A DNA stretch of 64,000 nt from a virus. Where the stretch lies: the IMG/VR virus record IMGVR_UViG_3300047274_000223; one strand, written 5' to 3'. Position 1 is the stretch's first letter, and the number at the start of each line of letters is the position of its first letter. The translations under genes and the position numbers were made by a program. Of the stretch, positions 38,530 through 46,347 are shown one piece after another. The notes below the pieces were generated by a model. That model did not search any database. It saw only the letters and a program-made list of their open reading frames with translations, and had not been told where the DNA came from.

Positions 38530-38543
38530 GTAAAATGTGATAC
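38530..38543. promoter_or_regulatory. NtcA-type binding site GTA-N8-TAC
   Basis: GTAAAATGTGATAC, 24 nt upstream of riboswitch unit 1 and overlapping the expected -35 region. Confidence 0.55.
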
Positions 38544-38547
38544 CAAA

Positions 38548-38718
38548 TTAATGTTTTCTTAGTGTTTGCAAGTATTCTATGACATGCCACCTGATTCCCA
38601 TCAATTCATTGTAGCATTTTTGATCATGTGCTTGTTGTCTTAGATCTGAATCTGGTTTGTAAATACTTTCAATGAATAGGTCTAGACCGTTATTCCATTT
38701 GTCGTCGTTGTTAGTCAC
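38548..38718 (-). CDS. 56-aa conserved hypothetical protein (MTNNDDKWNNGLDLFIESIYKPDSDLRQQAHDQKCYNEL...)
   Basis: GTG start overlapping the upstream stop by 8 nt; translated by hand. Confidence 0.65.
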   Translation of the reverse strand: MTNNDDKWNNGLDLFIESIYKPDSDLRQQAHDQKCYNELMGIRWHVIEYLQTLRKH

Positions 38719-39031
38719 GCTGTCTCCAGTCCTCGGGTTTGTCTTGAGTGAACCAATCTACCATATCATCGATGTCATCAAATCCACGCTTTCCAAAGCG
38801 TTCGTGCCCAGTTCCACCGATGTCAAGTTGATTTAAGAAATCATCTAGATCACCTTCTTGCATTTCAGGATTCTCTGCCGTTCTTCTTGCTTGTCTAAGA
38901 ATAGTAGCCGCAGATCTATTTGCCTCAGCAAGTTTTTCTGCCCAGATCATGTCTTCGAGTTTTACTTCTTCTCCTTTTACAATGCGTTGACAAATAAACT
39001 CCAAACGTAAACGATACTGGGTAGATAGCAT
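38711..39031 (-). CDS. Conserved cyanophage hypothetical protein
   Basis: MLSTQYRLRLEFIC...DMIWAEKLA...DWRQRD; late promoter CTAAATA upstream on the minus strand. Confidence 0.8.
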   Translation of the reverse strand: MLSTQYRLRLEFICQRIVKGEEVKLEDMIWAEKLAEANRSAATILRQARRTAENPEMQEGDLDDFLNQLDIGGTGHERFGKRGFDDIDDMVDWFTQDKPEDWRQRD

Positions 39032-39058
39032 ATTATTATTTGTCGCAATTAAAGTTAT

Positions 39059-39148
39059 TTAGTTGGGATATGCATTGTTCAATCCCCAAAGTATAAACAG
39101 CGCAATGATCCCGAAGATTGTGATTGCGGTAAAAATTGTGTTAGTCAT
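39059..39148 (-). CDS. 29-aa single-TM micro-protein (MTNTIFTAITIFGIIALFILWGLNNAYPN)
   Basis: ATGA coupling to the upstream ORF; hydrophobic helix. Confidence 0.65.
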   Translation of the reverse strand: MTNTIFTAITIFGIIALFILWGLNNAYPN

Positions 39149-39390
39149 ATGCGATCATCCCATCCTGTGTGTTGTGCATATTCTGTGTATAGTCTTCTGA
39201 TATCACGATCAACATGATTTAAATCATCGAGAGGTGGTTTGTATCCTTGACTAATTAGATAGTCAATAAATTCATAAATGTGTGGAGTAATCTCTGCTTT
39301 CATTCTGACAAAAGAAGATAAGTAAAAGGCTCTTGCTTGCCATTTTTCGTCTCGTTCTCTCCAGTCACTTGGTCTTGTGTGTGTGATCAT
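39145..39390 (-). CDS. Hypothetical protein
   Basis: 81-aa ORF in tandem with neighbours; ITPHIYEFID motif. Confidence 0.65.
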   Translation of the reverse strand: MITHTRPSDWRERDEKWQARAFYLSSFVRMKAEITPHIYEFIDYLISQGYKPPLDDLNHVDRDIRRLYTEYAQHTGWDDRI

Positions 39391-39496
39391 CCTTCATCTC
39401 CTCGTTTGCTAATCGTAAGATATAGTAGATGATGTATAAAGTGAATATCAATCCACTTCCTAAAATAACCATAACTCCCCATGGAAATTCACTCAT
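39365..39496 (-). CDS. 43-aa single-TM micro-protein (MSEFPWGVMVILGSGLIFTLYIIYYILRLANEEMKDDHTHKTK)
   Basis: GAGG RBS region; TM helix; translated by hand. Confidence 0.6.
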   Translation of the reverse strand: MSEFPWGVMVILGSGLIFTLYIIYYILRLANEEMKDDHTHKTK

Positions 39497-39599
39497 CATC
39501 GTCCTCGTATGTACAAGGTTCCTCAAAGAGTTCATCCATTTTTTGTTTATAAACTCTTTCTCTTAATTCTTGTAGGTCTTCTTCTGTTAAAACAATCAT
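39489..39599 (-). CDS. 36-aa acidic micro-protein (MIVLTEEDLQELRERVYKQKMDELFEEPCTYEDDDE)
   Basis: ATGA coupling and AAGGA RBS. Confidence 0.6.
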   Translation of the reverse strand: MIVLTEEDLQELRERVYKQKMDELFEEPCTYEDDDE

Positions 39600-39775
39600 T
39601 TGTCCTTAAGTATATCTTCTATTCTTTTACGCATATTTGTACTATCTTGTTTCATATAGTCACGAAGAGAATATCCACGTTGGTTTCTTAGGATACATGT
39701 TCCTTGATAAAACATCGTGGCAGCAAATACTAATAGGAAAGCGATTCCTATTATTTCAGGGTAATGTTCAGCCAT
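39596..39775 (-). CDS. 59-aa single-TM protein (MAEHYPEIIGIAFLLVFAATMFYQG...)
   Basis: Translated by hand; coupled to the downstream ORF. Confidence 0.6.
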   Translation of the reverse strand: MAEHYPEIIGIAFLLVFAATMFYQGTCILRNQRGYSLRDYMKQDSTNMRKRIEDILKDK

Positions 39776-39969
39776 GGTAGAAGTGGAGGAATAACACCAA
39801 TCAGTCGAAGAAGTCCTTCAGCAAATAAAGCAAGGACCACCCAACCAACACACATAGAAATAATGGAAGCATTCCTATTGTGCCTTCGTATAGCAGCATC
39901 AATCATCTCCTGGCACTCTTTCTGTGTCACTAGATGTTCTGGGTCTATTTGATTCATTCGGTGGCTCAT
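39751..39969 (-). CDS. Small membrane protein
   Basis: ECQEMIDAAIRRHNRNASIISMCVGWVVLALFAEGLLRL; likely start MSHRM. Confidence 0.7.
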   Translation of the reverse strand: MSHRMNQIDPEHLVTQKECQEMIDAAIRRHNRNASIISMCVGWVVLALFAEGLLRLIGVIPPLLPWLNITLK

Positions 39970-40069
39970 GGATTTTAGCAATACCAATAATCGGTAGTAT
40001 AATCAGAGCACCACTTAAGATGCCCAAACTAACAGTATTTGTTAAGATTTCAACTACCAGGTGTCTCAT
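39899..40069 (-). CDS. 56-aa single-TM micro-protein (MRHLVVEILTNTVSLGILSGALIILPIIGIAKIH...)
   Basis: ATGA coupling with the upstream ORF. Confidence 0.55.
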   Translation of the reverse strand: MRHLVVEILTNTVSLGILSGALIILPIIGIAKIHEPPNESNRPRTSSDTERVPGDD

Positions 40070-40209
40070 AGATTTTGTTCTTTATAATTTTTCAATTTAT
40101 TGACGAGGTGTTGGTATTCTTGTTTAGCACTCTTATCAGTTGTTGACGCTGATTTCTCAGCACATAAGATGATCAAACGATTGATGTCTTTTTCTGAAAG
40201 TGAGTACAT
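40066..40209 (-). CDS. 47-aa hypothetical protein (MYSLSEKDINRLIILC...EYQHLVNKLKNYKEQNL)
   Basis: AAGGAGG RBS. Confidence 0.65.
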   Translation of the reverse strand: MYSLSEKDINRLIILCAEKSASTTDKSAKQEYQHLVNKLKNYKEQNL

Positions 40210-40221
40210 TTAAATACCTCC

Positions 40222-40353
40222 TTATCCATGCACAATAGTCATAAGAATAGTACCGTGTTTTCTAATAACATCCAAGTGAGATTTACCCCATGGAATTTCA
40301 AACCATTCAACTCTTTTGTTATGCCGTAAAAGCATGACTGATACATATCGCAC
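40222..40353 (-). CDS. 43-aa hypothetical protein (MRYVSVMLLRHNKRVEWFEIPWGKSHLDVIRKHGTILMTIVHG)
   Basis: GTG start downstream of an AATAAATA late-promoter-like site. Confidence 0.5.
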   Translation of the reverse strand: MRYVSVMLLRHNKRVEWFEIPWGKSHLDVIRKHGTILMTIVHG

Positions 40354-40374
40354 GGTAGAATTACTTATTGTAGT

Positions 40375-40965
40375 TTATTTATTTTGATTACTTGGATTTG
40401 TAACAATTGTAGGTGAGGGATACCTGACAACCACATCTGCACAGATCTTATAGTATGGACTGTCTGGATGAAATGTAATACCAGACTTGATTGCCTCTCC
40501 ACACTTTAAAAGTCTTACTAGTTCGAAATCGAGACGTGCTTTATCTGCTTCTGCTTTTTGTCTTTCTATTTCTGTACGTGCTCTTGCTTTACAAAGTTCC
40601 ATTAGACCACCATCTAAGGGAACATTTATTCCTGCCGAGATACCCCAGTTTTCGTTTCTGGATGCGAATGTTTCTGGATCATCACTATTGTTTCCACTTC
40701 TTAGTAAGAATGGGGACACTGAGAACGTCGGGCCCTGGCAACTAACCCCCGCTCCGTAGGTATTAACTGCGTATGGACCTTGCAATACCTGTACTGCTTG
40801 ATTAGTAACATTGCCAGTGGCAGATGCACTAGGGCCAGCAATGTTAGTATTAGAAGGAGCGGGAGTACTTTGCGCGAGAACTGGTAATGTTCCACAACTA
40901 ATTACTGCGTAAAAACAGAGATTGATGTAGTGGTTGATTGAGTTTCTGTGGTGCGATCTATCCAT
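40375..40965 (-). CDS. Secreted Cys-containing hypothetical protein (third gene of the exported-protein operon)
   Basis: Signal-like segment ending PVLA|QS; ATGNVTNQAVQV motif; four Cys in the mature part. Confidence 0.75.
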   Translation of the reverse strand: MDRSHHRNSINHYINLCFYAVISCGTLPVLAQSTPAPSNTNIAGPSASATGNVTNQAVQVLQGPYAVNTYGAGVSCQGPTFSVSPFLLRSGNNSDDPETFASRNENWGISAGINVPLDGGLMELCKARARTEIERQKAEADKARLDFELVRLLKCGEAIKSGITFHPDSPYYKICADVVVRYPSPTIVTNPSNQNK

Positions 40966-41261
40966 GTTTCTTTTGCCAATCCAGGACCGAGAGTAGTTTC
41001 ACTGAACTGGAATGGAGCACCTTGATTCATGATAGTATAGTTTGCTCCTGGTGTAGGAGTGCCAGGAATATTAATATTAGTTCCAGTGACAGTATAAGAC
41101 GTGCCAGTTGTATATTCAACTTGACGAATAGTTTCTATGATCTTTGTTGATGACTCTGTTGTAGAGTTAATAGTTCCTCTGGTAAAATTGGGAACAACTG
41201 ATTCTGCTAGGGCAGCATTATGAAACCCTAGCAGGAGTAAACCTGCTAGGATCTTTTTCAT
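40902..41261 (-). CDS. Secreted Thr-rich hypothetical protein
   Basis: Sec signal MKKILAGLLLLGFHNAALA|ES; VVPNF motif; C-terminus ISVFTQ. Confidence 0.8.
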   Translation of the reverse strand: MKKILAGLLLLGFHNAALAESVVPNFTRGTINSTTESSTKIIETIRQVEYTTGTSYTVTGTNINIPGTPTPGANYTIMNQGAPFQFSETTLGPGLAKETWIDRTTETQSTTTSISVFTQ

Positions 41262-41725
41262 TTGAATACGCTCAACTCGATACTACGTTGTGCTGTTCCT
41301 GTGGTTCCTGGACCACCAGCAGTAATAGTTGGAACACCAGTGGCACTCAAAGTACCAGCAAGAGTTCCTTTGTCACCAGCTAACTGAGTAACAGAATCCC
41401 CATAAAGGTTGGGAGAAGCAATTGCTCCAGCACTAACCGTTTGAGAGGTGACAACTGTATCAGCAGCATTGAAACTTTCTGAGAAAGTAAATGCTTGCCC
41501 TGCTGTATTGACATCATAAGTTCCTGCCCCAGCAACTCCACCAAAAGAAGTTGCTTGAATATTTGTTCCTGATACGGAGTATGATGCTCCTATTCTCGTT
41601 GACTGAACTGCGGCACCTTGCACACCCAACTGAACTGAATCAGTAATTCTCGAAGTAATTTCAGCTGCGAATGATGATGGCATAACGAAAAAGGATGCCG
41701 CAAGTGCGGTGATTACCTTTTTCAT
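41258..41725 (-). CDS. Secreted Gly/Ala/Thr/Ser-rich beta protein
   Basis: Sec signal MKKVITALAASFFVMPSSFA|AE; no Cys; C-terminus IELSVFK; GGAG RBS. Confidence 0.82.
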   Translation of the reverse strand: MKKVITALAASFFVMPSSFAAEITSRITDSVQLGVQGAAVQSTRIGASYSVSGTNIQATSFGGVAGAGTYDVNTAGQAFTFSESFNAADTVVTSQTVSAGAIASPNLYGDSVTQLAGDKGTLAGTLSATGVPTITAGGPGTTGTAQRSIELSVFK

Positions 41726-41764
41726 GTTCGGTTTCTCCTAAAATGTTTAAATGACGACCGTAGA

Positions 41765-41781
41765 TATTTATGCTATAAATA
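41765..41781. promoter_or_regulatory. Divergent late promoters (minus CATAAATA 41772-41765; plus TATAAATA 41774-41781)
   Basis: Back-to-back consensus boxes between the exported-protein operon and hsp20. Confidence 0.75.
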
Positions 41782-41787
41782 TCTTTC

Positions 41788-41832
41788 GGATGCCTTCGGG
41801 GTCCACTACAAACAACTCGCTTATTTAAGGAG
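41788..41832 (+). promoter_or_regulatory. Structured hsp20 5' UTR (UUCG hairpin plus SD-sequestering hairpin)
   Basis: GGATGCC-TTCG-GGGTCC, and CTC(G)CTT-ATTT-AAGGAG pairing the Shine-Dalgarno sequence. Confidence 0.55.
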
Positions 41833-41839
41833 AAGTAGA

Positions 41840-42295
41840 ATGCTTACTACCACTACATTGGATACTTTTTGGAAAGAATACGCACCACACGCTGTAGGTC
41901 TGGATGATGTTTTTAATAGACTAAATGCTATGTCTGGTCACAACATCAACTATCCACCCTATAATTTAATCAAACATGACTCAAGTAATTTCACTATTGA
42001 AGTTGCGCTTGCGGGTTTTAAACGAGAAGAGATCGAAGTCTCTACTGAACAAAACATTCTCAGAGTTACCTCAAAAAATGAGGACAAAGATACTACAAGA
42101 ACTTACTTACACAAAGGCCTCTCCAAACGATCATTTATCAGAACTTGGCAATTGGCAGAAGATGTGAGAATTAAAGATGTTGTTTTTGAGGACGGGTTAC
42201 TGACAATTGATCTTGAGAAGATCATCCCCGAACACCAAAAACGCACAGTTTATGATATAATGGGAAAGTCGGAGAAGCAACTTTTAAATGGATGA
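41840..42295 (+). CDS. hsp20: Small heat shock protein Hsp20 (IbpA-like)
   Basis: NYPPYNLIK, IEVALAGF, YLHKGLSKRSF and DGLLTIDLEKIIPE motifs. Confidence 0.96.
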   Translation: MLTTTTLDTFWKEYAPHAVGLDDVFNRLNAMSGHNINYPPYNLIKHDSSNFTIEVALAGFKREEIEVSTEQNILRVTSKNEDKDTTRTYLHKGLSKRSFIRTWQLAEDVRIKDVVFEDGLLTIDLEKIIPEHQKRTVYDIMGKSEKQLLNG

Positions 42296-42911
42296 TAGAT
42301 TTATTTGGATTGAAGAAGACAGTTTAACTCATGAATTTTGTGATCATATTATTCAAAAGTATGAAGTAGAATCTTTCAAATCTATTGCCACTACTATTGG
42401 CGGATATTCTAATGTCCTCCAAGCCACAGAAGTAAATATTACCAACTTAGAAGGGTGGATAGAAGAAGACACTCACTTATTCAAAACTTTAAATAAAGGA
42501 CTTGATAAGTACAGAGTATTCTTAAAAGACACTTTGATGATTGACTTTACCGCTGACATGCTAATTGACAGCGGTTATAAAATTAAAAGTTATTCTGGTG
42601 ATAATGGAGACCGATTTGATTGGCATCAAGACTATTGTTCTGATGATAGTTATGGACCAGGAGCCTCTAGATATCTCTCCTACATTTGGTATCTAAATAA
42701 TGTTGAAGGAGGTGAAACGGAATTCGTTAATGGATTCTCTGTCAAACCTGAAGTTGGGAAGTTATTGATTTTCCCTTCTACGTGGACTTATATACATCGT
42801 GGGAAAACACCGCCTCCAGGAACAACTAAATATATTTGTTCGGGATTTTTGTACGCACAGTCAAATCCTTATATCAACAACAATCAAAAACAGAATAACG
42901 GAGAAGGGTAA
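42288..42911 (+). CDS. 2OG-Fe(II) oxygenase (prolyl 4-hydroxylase-like)
   Basis: WHQD (HxD), YLNNVEGGET, FPSTWTYIHRG and KYI motifs. Confidence 0.88.
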   Translation: MDDRFIWIEEDSLTHEFCDHIIQKYEVESFKSIATTIGGYSNVLQATEVNITNLEGWIEEDTHLFKTLNKGLDKYRVFLKDTLMIDFTADMLIDSGYKIKSYSGDNGDRFDWHQDYCSDDSYGPGASRYLSYIWYLNNVEGGETEFVNGFSVKPEVGKLLIFPSTWTYIHRGKTPPPGTTKYICSGFLYAQSNPYINNNQKQNNGEG

Positions 42912-42926
42912 TCCCTCTCCTTTTTT
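42900..42926 (+). terminator. Probable rho-independent terminator
   Basis: GGAGA(A)GGG-TAAT-CCCTCTCC followed by TTTTTT. Confidence 0.7.
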
Positions 42927-42938
42927 ATTGGAGGAATT

Positions 42939-43169
42939 ATGCAATTTTATTATAATTTAAATCCACCTGGGTATGAAGGTGAATCTGATCTAGTTACACT
43001 AGAGGCACCTACTGAGGTTATGGATGTCTTGTTTACTTATGCAAAGGAAATTTCGGACTCCAAAAATATTCATCACAACAAAGCTGTAAGAGATTTAATT
43101 CAGCAATCTGTCAAAACACTTATGGAGAAAAATTATGAGCGTAAGAATCGCAAGACTAAGAAGCGGTGA
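42939..43169 (+). CDS. Hypothetical protein
   Basis: GGAGGA RBS; 76 aa. Confidence 0.7.
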   Translation: MQFYYNLNPPGYEGESDLVTLEAPTEVMDVLFTYAKEISDSKNIHHNKAVRDLIQQSVKTLMEKNYERKNRKTKKR

Positions 43170-43557
43170 AGATATCATCGCTGAGATGAAAGAAGTAATT
43201 GCAAAGGATACCGAGCAGGTTGTTGCAATTCAGTTTGAAGATCCTTACAGCGTTGCCTTGGTAGAAGATCCATCTGCAATGTTTGAGGAAGGACAACCAA
43301 TTAAAGTAAGTAACCCAAAAGTTCATATGCTATCATGGGTTCCTCTTTCGGCAAATCGAAATATTATGATTGAACCGTCAGAGATTATTTGTGTGTATGA
43401 TGCACATAGTCAAGTATTAAAACAGTATTCGGAACTAGTGGAGGCCGTAAATGGAGGAGGAGACAAACTTGGAGGTGGAGCAGAGGATGAGTCCCTCACC
43501 TTTGAAAATTCTTTTGTTGAAGCAACGGGAATCGTACCTGATTGGGAGGGTGACTGA
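43135..43557 (+). CDS. Sm-like small beta-barrel hypothetical protein
   Basis: RIARLRSGEDIIA and SWVPLS motifs; paralogous to 33927..34217. Confidence 0.7.
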   Translation: MSVRIARLRSGEDIIAEMKEVIAKDTEQVVAIQFEDPYSVALVEDPSAMFEEGQPIKVSNPKVHMLSWVPLSANRNIMIEPSEIICVYDAHSQVLKQYSELVEAVNGGGDKLGGGAEDESLTFENSFVEATGIVPDWEGD

Positions 43558-43861
43558 ACTCGATGAAGAACCAGCTATTCTGATCGAGAACTGTCACGAG
43601 ATTGTTGAGTGTGCTGAATATGGAACAGATGCAGAAGAGATTGAAAAACGTGCTCACTCATTAGAGGGAACACACTTAACAGTATCTGCTAAAAAAATTG
43701 ATGAAGGTGAAAAGGATTACTATGTTTATGAATATATCATCCTCAAACCATATCCGAAGTTCTCGGCTCAGCGGGATCTCTTCTTGACAAGCGACGCAAT
43801 TTTTACTATACTGGATCCTGAACCAGGTGTTCTGGACCTTTACCGTAAAGTTGCTGGATGA
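43451..43861 (+). CDS. Sm-like hypothetical protein (start 43451 or 43487)
   Basis: KILLLKQ...YLIGRVTEL, LKPYP and IFTILDP motifs; conserved position before gp43. Confidence 0.65.
   Translation: MEEETNLEVEQRMSPSPLKILLLKQRESYLIGRVTELDEEPAILIENCHEIVECAEYGTDAEEIEKRAHSLEGTHLTVSAKKIDEGEKDYYVYEYIILKPYPKFSAQRDLFLTSDAIFTILDPEPGVLDLYRKVAG
43784..43812 (+). promoter_or_regulatory. Sigma70-type promoter for gp43
   Basis: TTGACA-N17-TATACT. Confidence 0.85.
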
Positions 43862-46347
43862 AATTTTATACGAGCGTTGAACAAGTAGGCGACAACATTC
43901 TTTATCGAGGATTCGACCAAGGGCGTCGGGTTCAATATAAAGAATCGTTCTCGCCTACTCTTTTTGTTCCTTGCCCAGGAGAGTCTAAGTACAAAACTCT
44001 TGAAGGTCACAATGTCAAACCGATGAAGTTTGCTGGACCTCGTGATGCACGAGAGTTCATGAAGAAGTATGAGAGTGTTCAGAACTTTGATGTTTATGGA
44101 TACGAACGTTTCGTGTATCAATACATTTCAGATCAGCATCCTGATGAAGTCGATTATGATTTCAAGAAACTTGAGATCTTCACGATTGACATTGAGGTTG
44201 CGTCTGAAAATGGATTCCCTGATGTGCAAAGTGCAGCAGAGGAAGTTCTTTGTATTACAATCAAGAACTTGAATACTAAGCGTGTGGATGTCTGGGCTAC
44301 TCGGGAGTTTAATGTTCCTGAAGGTGTGAACGTTCATTATCAGTGGGATGAATCCACAATGCTCAAAGACTTTGTTGCATTCTGGGTGGAGAATACTCCT
44401 GATATTGTGACTGGTTGGAACTGCTATCTGTACGATATTCCATACCTTTGCCGTAGGATGGATCGTATCATGGGAGAGAAGTGGGTTAAATCTCTTTCCC
44501 CATGGGAGAAGGTAACTGAACGAGAGATTGTGATCATGGGTAGGACTAATCTTGCCTATGACATCATGGGAGTTTCCTGTCTGGATTATCTTGATTTGTA
44601 TAAGAAGTTCACCTACACAAACCAGGAATCTTATCGTCTGGATCATATTGCAAACGTAGAACTTGGCCAACGTAAGTTGGATCACAGTGAGTTTGATACT
44701 TTCCGTGACTTCTATACGAATGGTTGGCAGAAGTTTGTGGAGTACAACATCTTCGACGTGGAACTTGTTGACCGTTTGGAAGACAAGATGAAACTAATCG
44801 AACTTGCTGTCACGATGGCATATGACGCAAAGACTAACTTTGAGGATGTGTATTCTCAGGTTCGTATGTGGGATACTCTTATCTTCAACTTCCTTAAAAA
44901 GGATAACATCGTTGTTCCTCCCAAGAAAGGAAGTAAGAAAGATGATAAGTATGCTGGTGCTTTTGTGAAAGAACCCAAGCCAGGTTTGTATAACTGGGTG
45001 GTGAGTTTTGACTTGAACTCCCTGTATCCTCACCTAATCATGCAGTACAACATCAGTCCTGAGACTCTGCTTCCTACTAGACATCCTCATGCAACTGTGG
45101 ATCGTCTTCTCAATCAGGAACTAGATCTTACAACTCTGGATGGTGAAACTGTCTGTGCTAATGGTGCAATGTATACCACTGCATCTCAAGGTTTCTTGCC
45201 TAAGATGATGCAGAGGATCTATGATGATCGCACTATCTATAAGAAGAAGATGCTTGCTGCTAAGCAAGAGTACGAGAAGAGTCCGAGTGAAAAACTTGAG
45301 AAGGATATTTCCAAGTTCAACAATATCCAGATGGCACGAAAGATTCAACTGAACTCTGCTTATGGTGCTATCGGAAACCAATACTTCAGGTACTTTAATC
45401 TTCAGAATGCTGAGGCAATTACTTTGTCTGGTCAGCTGTCGATCCGTTGGATTGAGATGAAGATGAATGAGTATCTCAACAAAATCTTGAAAACGGAGAA
45501 TGATGACTACGTTATTGCTGCTGACACTGATTCTATTTACCTCAACCTGGGTCCTTTTGTTGACGCGGTACTCGGAGGACGAGAGAATTCTAATGATCGC
45601 ATTGTGTCGTTCCTTGATAAGGTGTGTAAAGTGGAACTTGAGAAGTTTATTGAAAATTCTTACAAAGAACTGGCGGAATACGTGAATGCTTTTGATCAAA
45701 AGATGTTCATGAAGCGTGAGACGATTGCAGACAAAGGTATCTGGACTGCAAAGAAACGCTATATTCTCAATGCATATGATATTGAGGGTGTTCGATTTAC
45801 TGAACCTAAACTCAAGATCATGGGTATTGAAGCTGTCAAATCTTCTACTCCTGCACCTTGTCGTCAAAAGATTAAGGATGCACTGAAGGTTATTATGACG
45901 AAGACTAATGATGACCTTATTCAGTTCATTGAAGAGTTTCGTGATGATTTCAAGAAGATGAATCCTGAGGAGATCGCTTTTCCTCGTGGTGTAAATAATC
46001 TAGGTAAGTTCAGTAGCACGGTGACGATTTATGGAAAGAGCACGCCTATTGCTGTCCGAGGTTCACTACTGTATAATTACTATATCCGCAAGCATAAACT
46101 TACTAATAAGTACCCTATTATCCAAGAAGGAGAGAAGGTCAAGTTTCTCTACCTCAGAACACCAAACAAAATAAACGAGAATATCATCTCGTTCATTCAA
46201 GAACTACCCAAGGAATTGGGTCTTGACAAATCTATAGACTATGACTTACAATTTGAGAAGTCATTCCTAGAACCGCTAAAAACGATTCTGGACACAATTG
46301 GTTGGAAGACCGAAAAGATTAATACGTTGGAGTTTTTATTCGCATGA
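43858..46347 (+). CDS. gp43: DNA polymerase gp43 (family B)
   Basis: Exonuclease motifs DIEV and GWNC; polymerase motifs [18 protein letters not shown] and DTDSIY. Confidence 0.99.
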   Translation: MKFYTSVEQVGDNILYRGFDQGRRVQYKESFSPTLFVPCPGESKYKTLEGHNVKPMKFAGPRDAREFMKKYESVQNFDVYGYERFVYQYISDQHPDEVDYDFKKLEIFTIDIEVASENGFPDVQSAAEEVLCITIKNLNTKRVDVWATREFNVPEGVNVHYQWDESTMLKDFVAFWVENTPDIVTGWNCYLYDIPYLCRRMDRIMGEKWVKSLSPWEKVTEREIVIMGRTNLAYDIMGVSCLDYLDLYKKFTYTNQESYRLDHIANVELGQRKLDHSEFDTFRDFYTNGWQKFVEYNIFDVELVDRLEDKMKLIELAVTMAYDAKTNFEDVYSQVRMWDTLIFNFLKKDNIVVPPKKGSKKDDKYAGAFVKEPKPGLYNWVVSFDLNSLYPHLIMQYNISPETLLPTRHPHATVDRLLNQELDLTTLDGETVCANGAMYTTASQGFLPKMMQRIYDDRTIYKKKMLAAKQEYEKSPSEKLEKDISKFNNIQMARKIQLNSAYGAIGNQYFRYFNLQNAEAITLSGQLSIRWIEMKMNEYLNKILKTENDDYVIAADTDSIYLNLGPFVDAVLGGRENSNDRIVSFLDKVCKVELEKFIENSYKELAEYVNAFDQKMFMKRETIADKGIWTAKKRYILNAYDIEGVRFTEPKLKIMGIEAVKSSTPAPCRQKIKDALKVIMTKTNDDLIQFIEEFRDDFKKMNPEEIAFPRGVNNLGKFSSTVTIYGKSTPIAVRGSLLYNYYIRKHKLTNKYPIIQEGEKVKFLYLRTPNKINENIISFIQELPKELGLDKSIDYDLQFEKSFLEPLKTILDTIGWKTEKINTLEFLFA

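Noticed and set aside
45121-45867. 248-aa minus ORF within gp43 (also 49001..49717 over gp41/mazG and the many 60-150-aa alternative-frame ORFs over core genes)
   Set aside because: Shadow ORFs of highly conserved sense genes, without independent signals.
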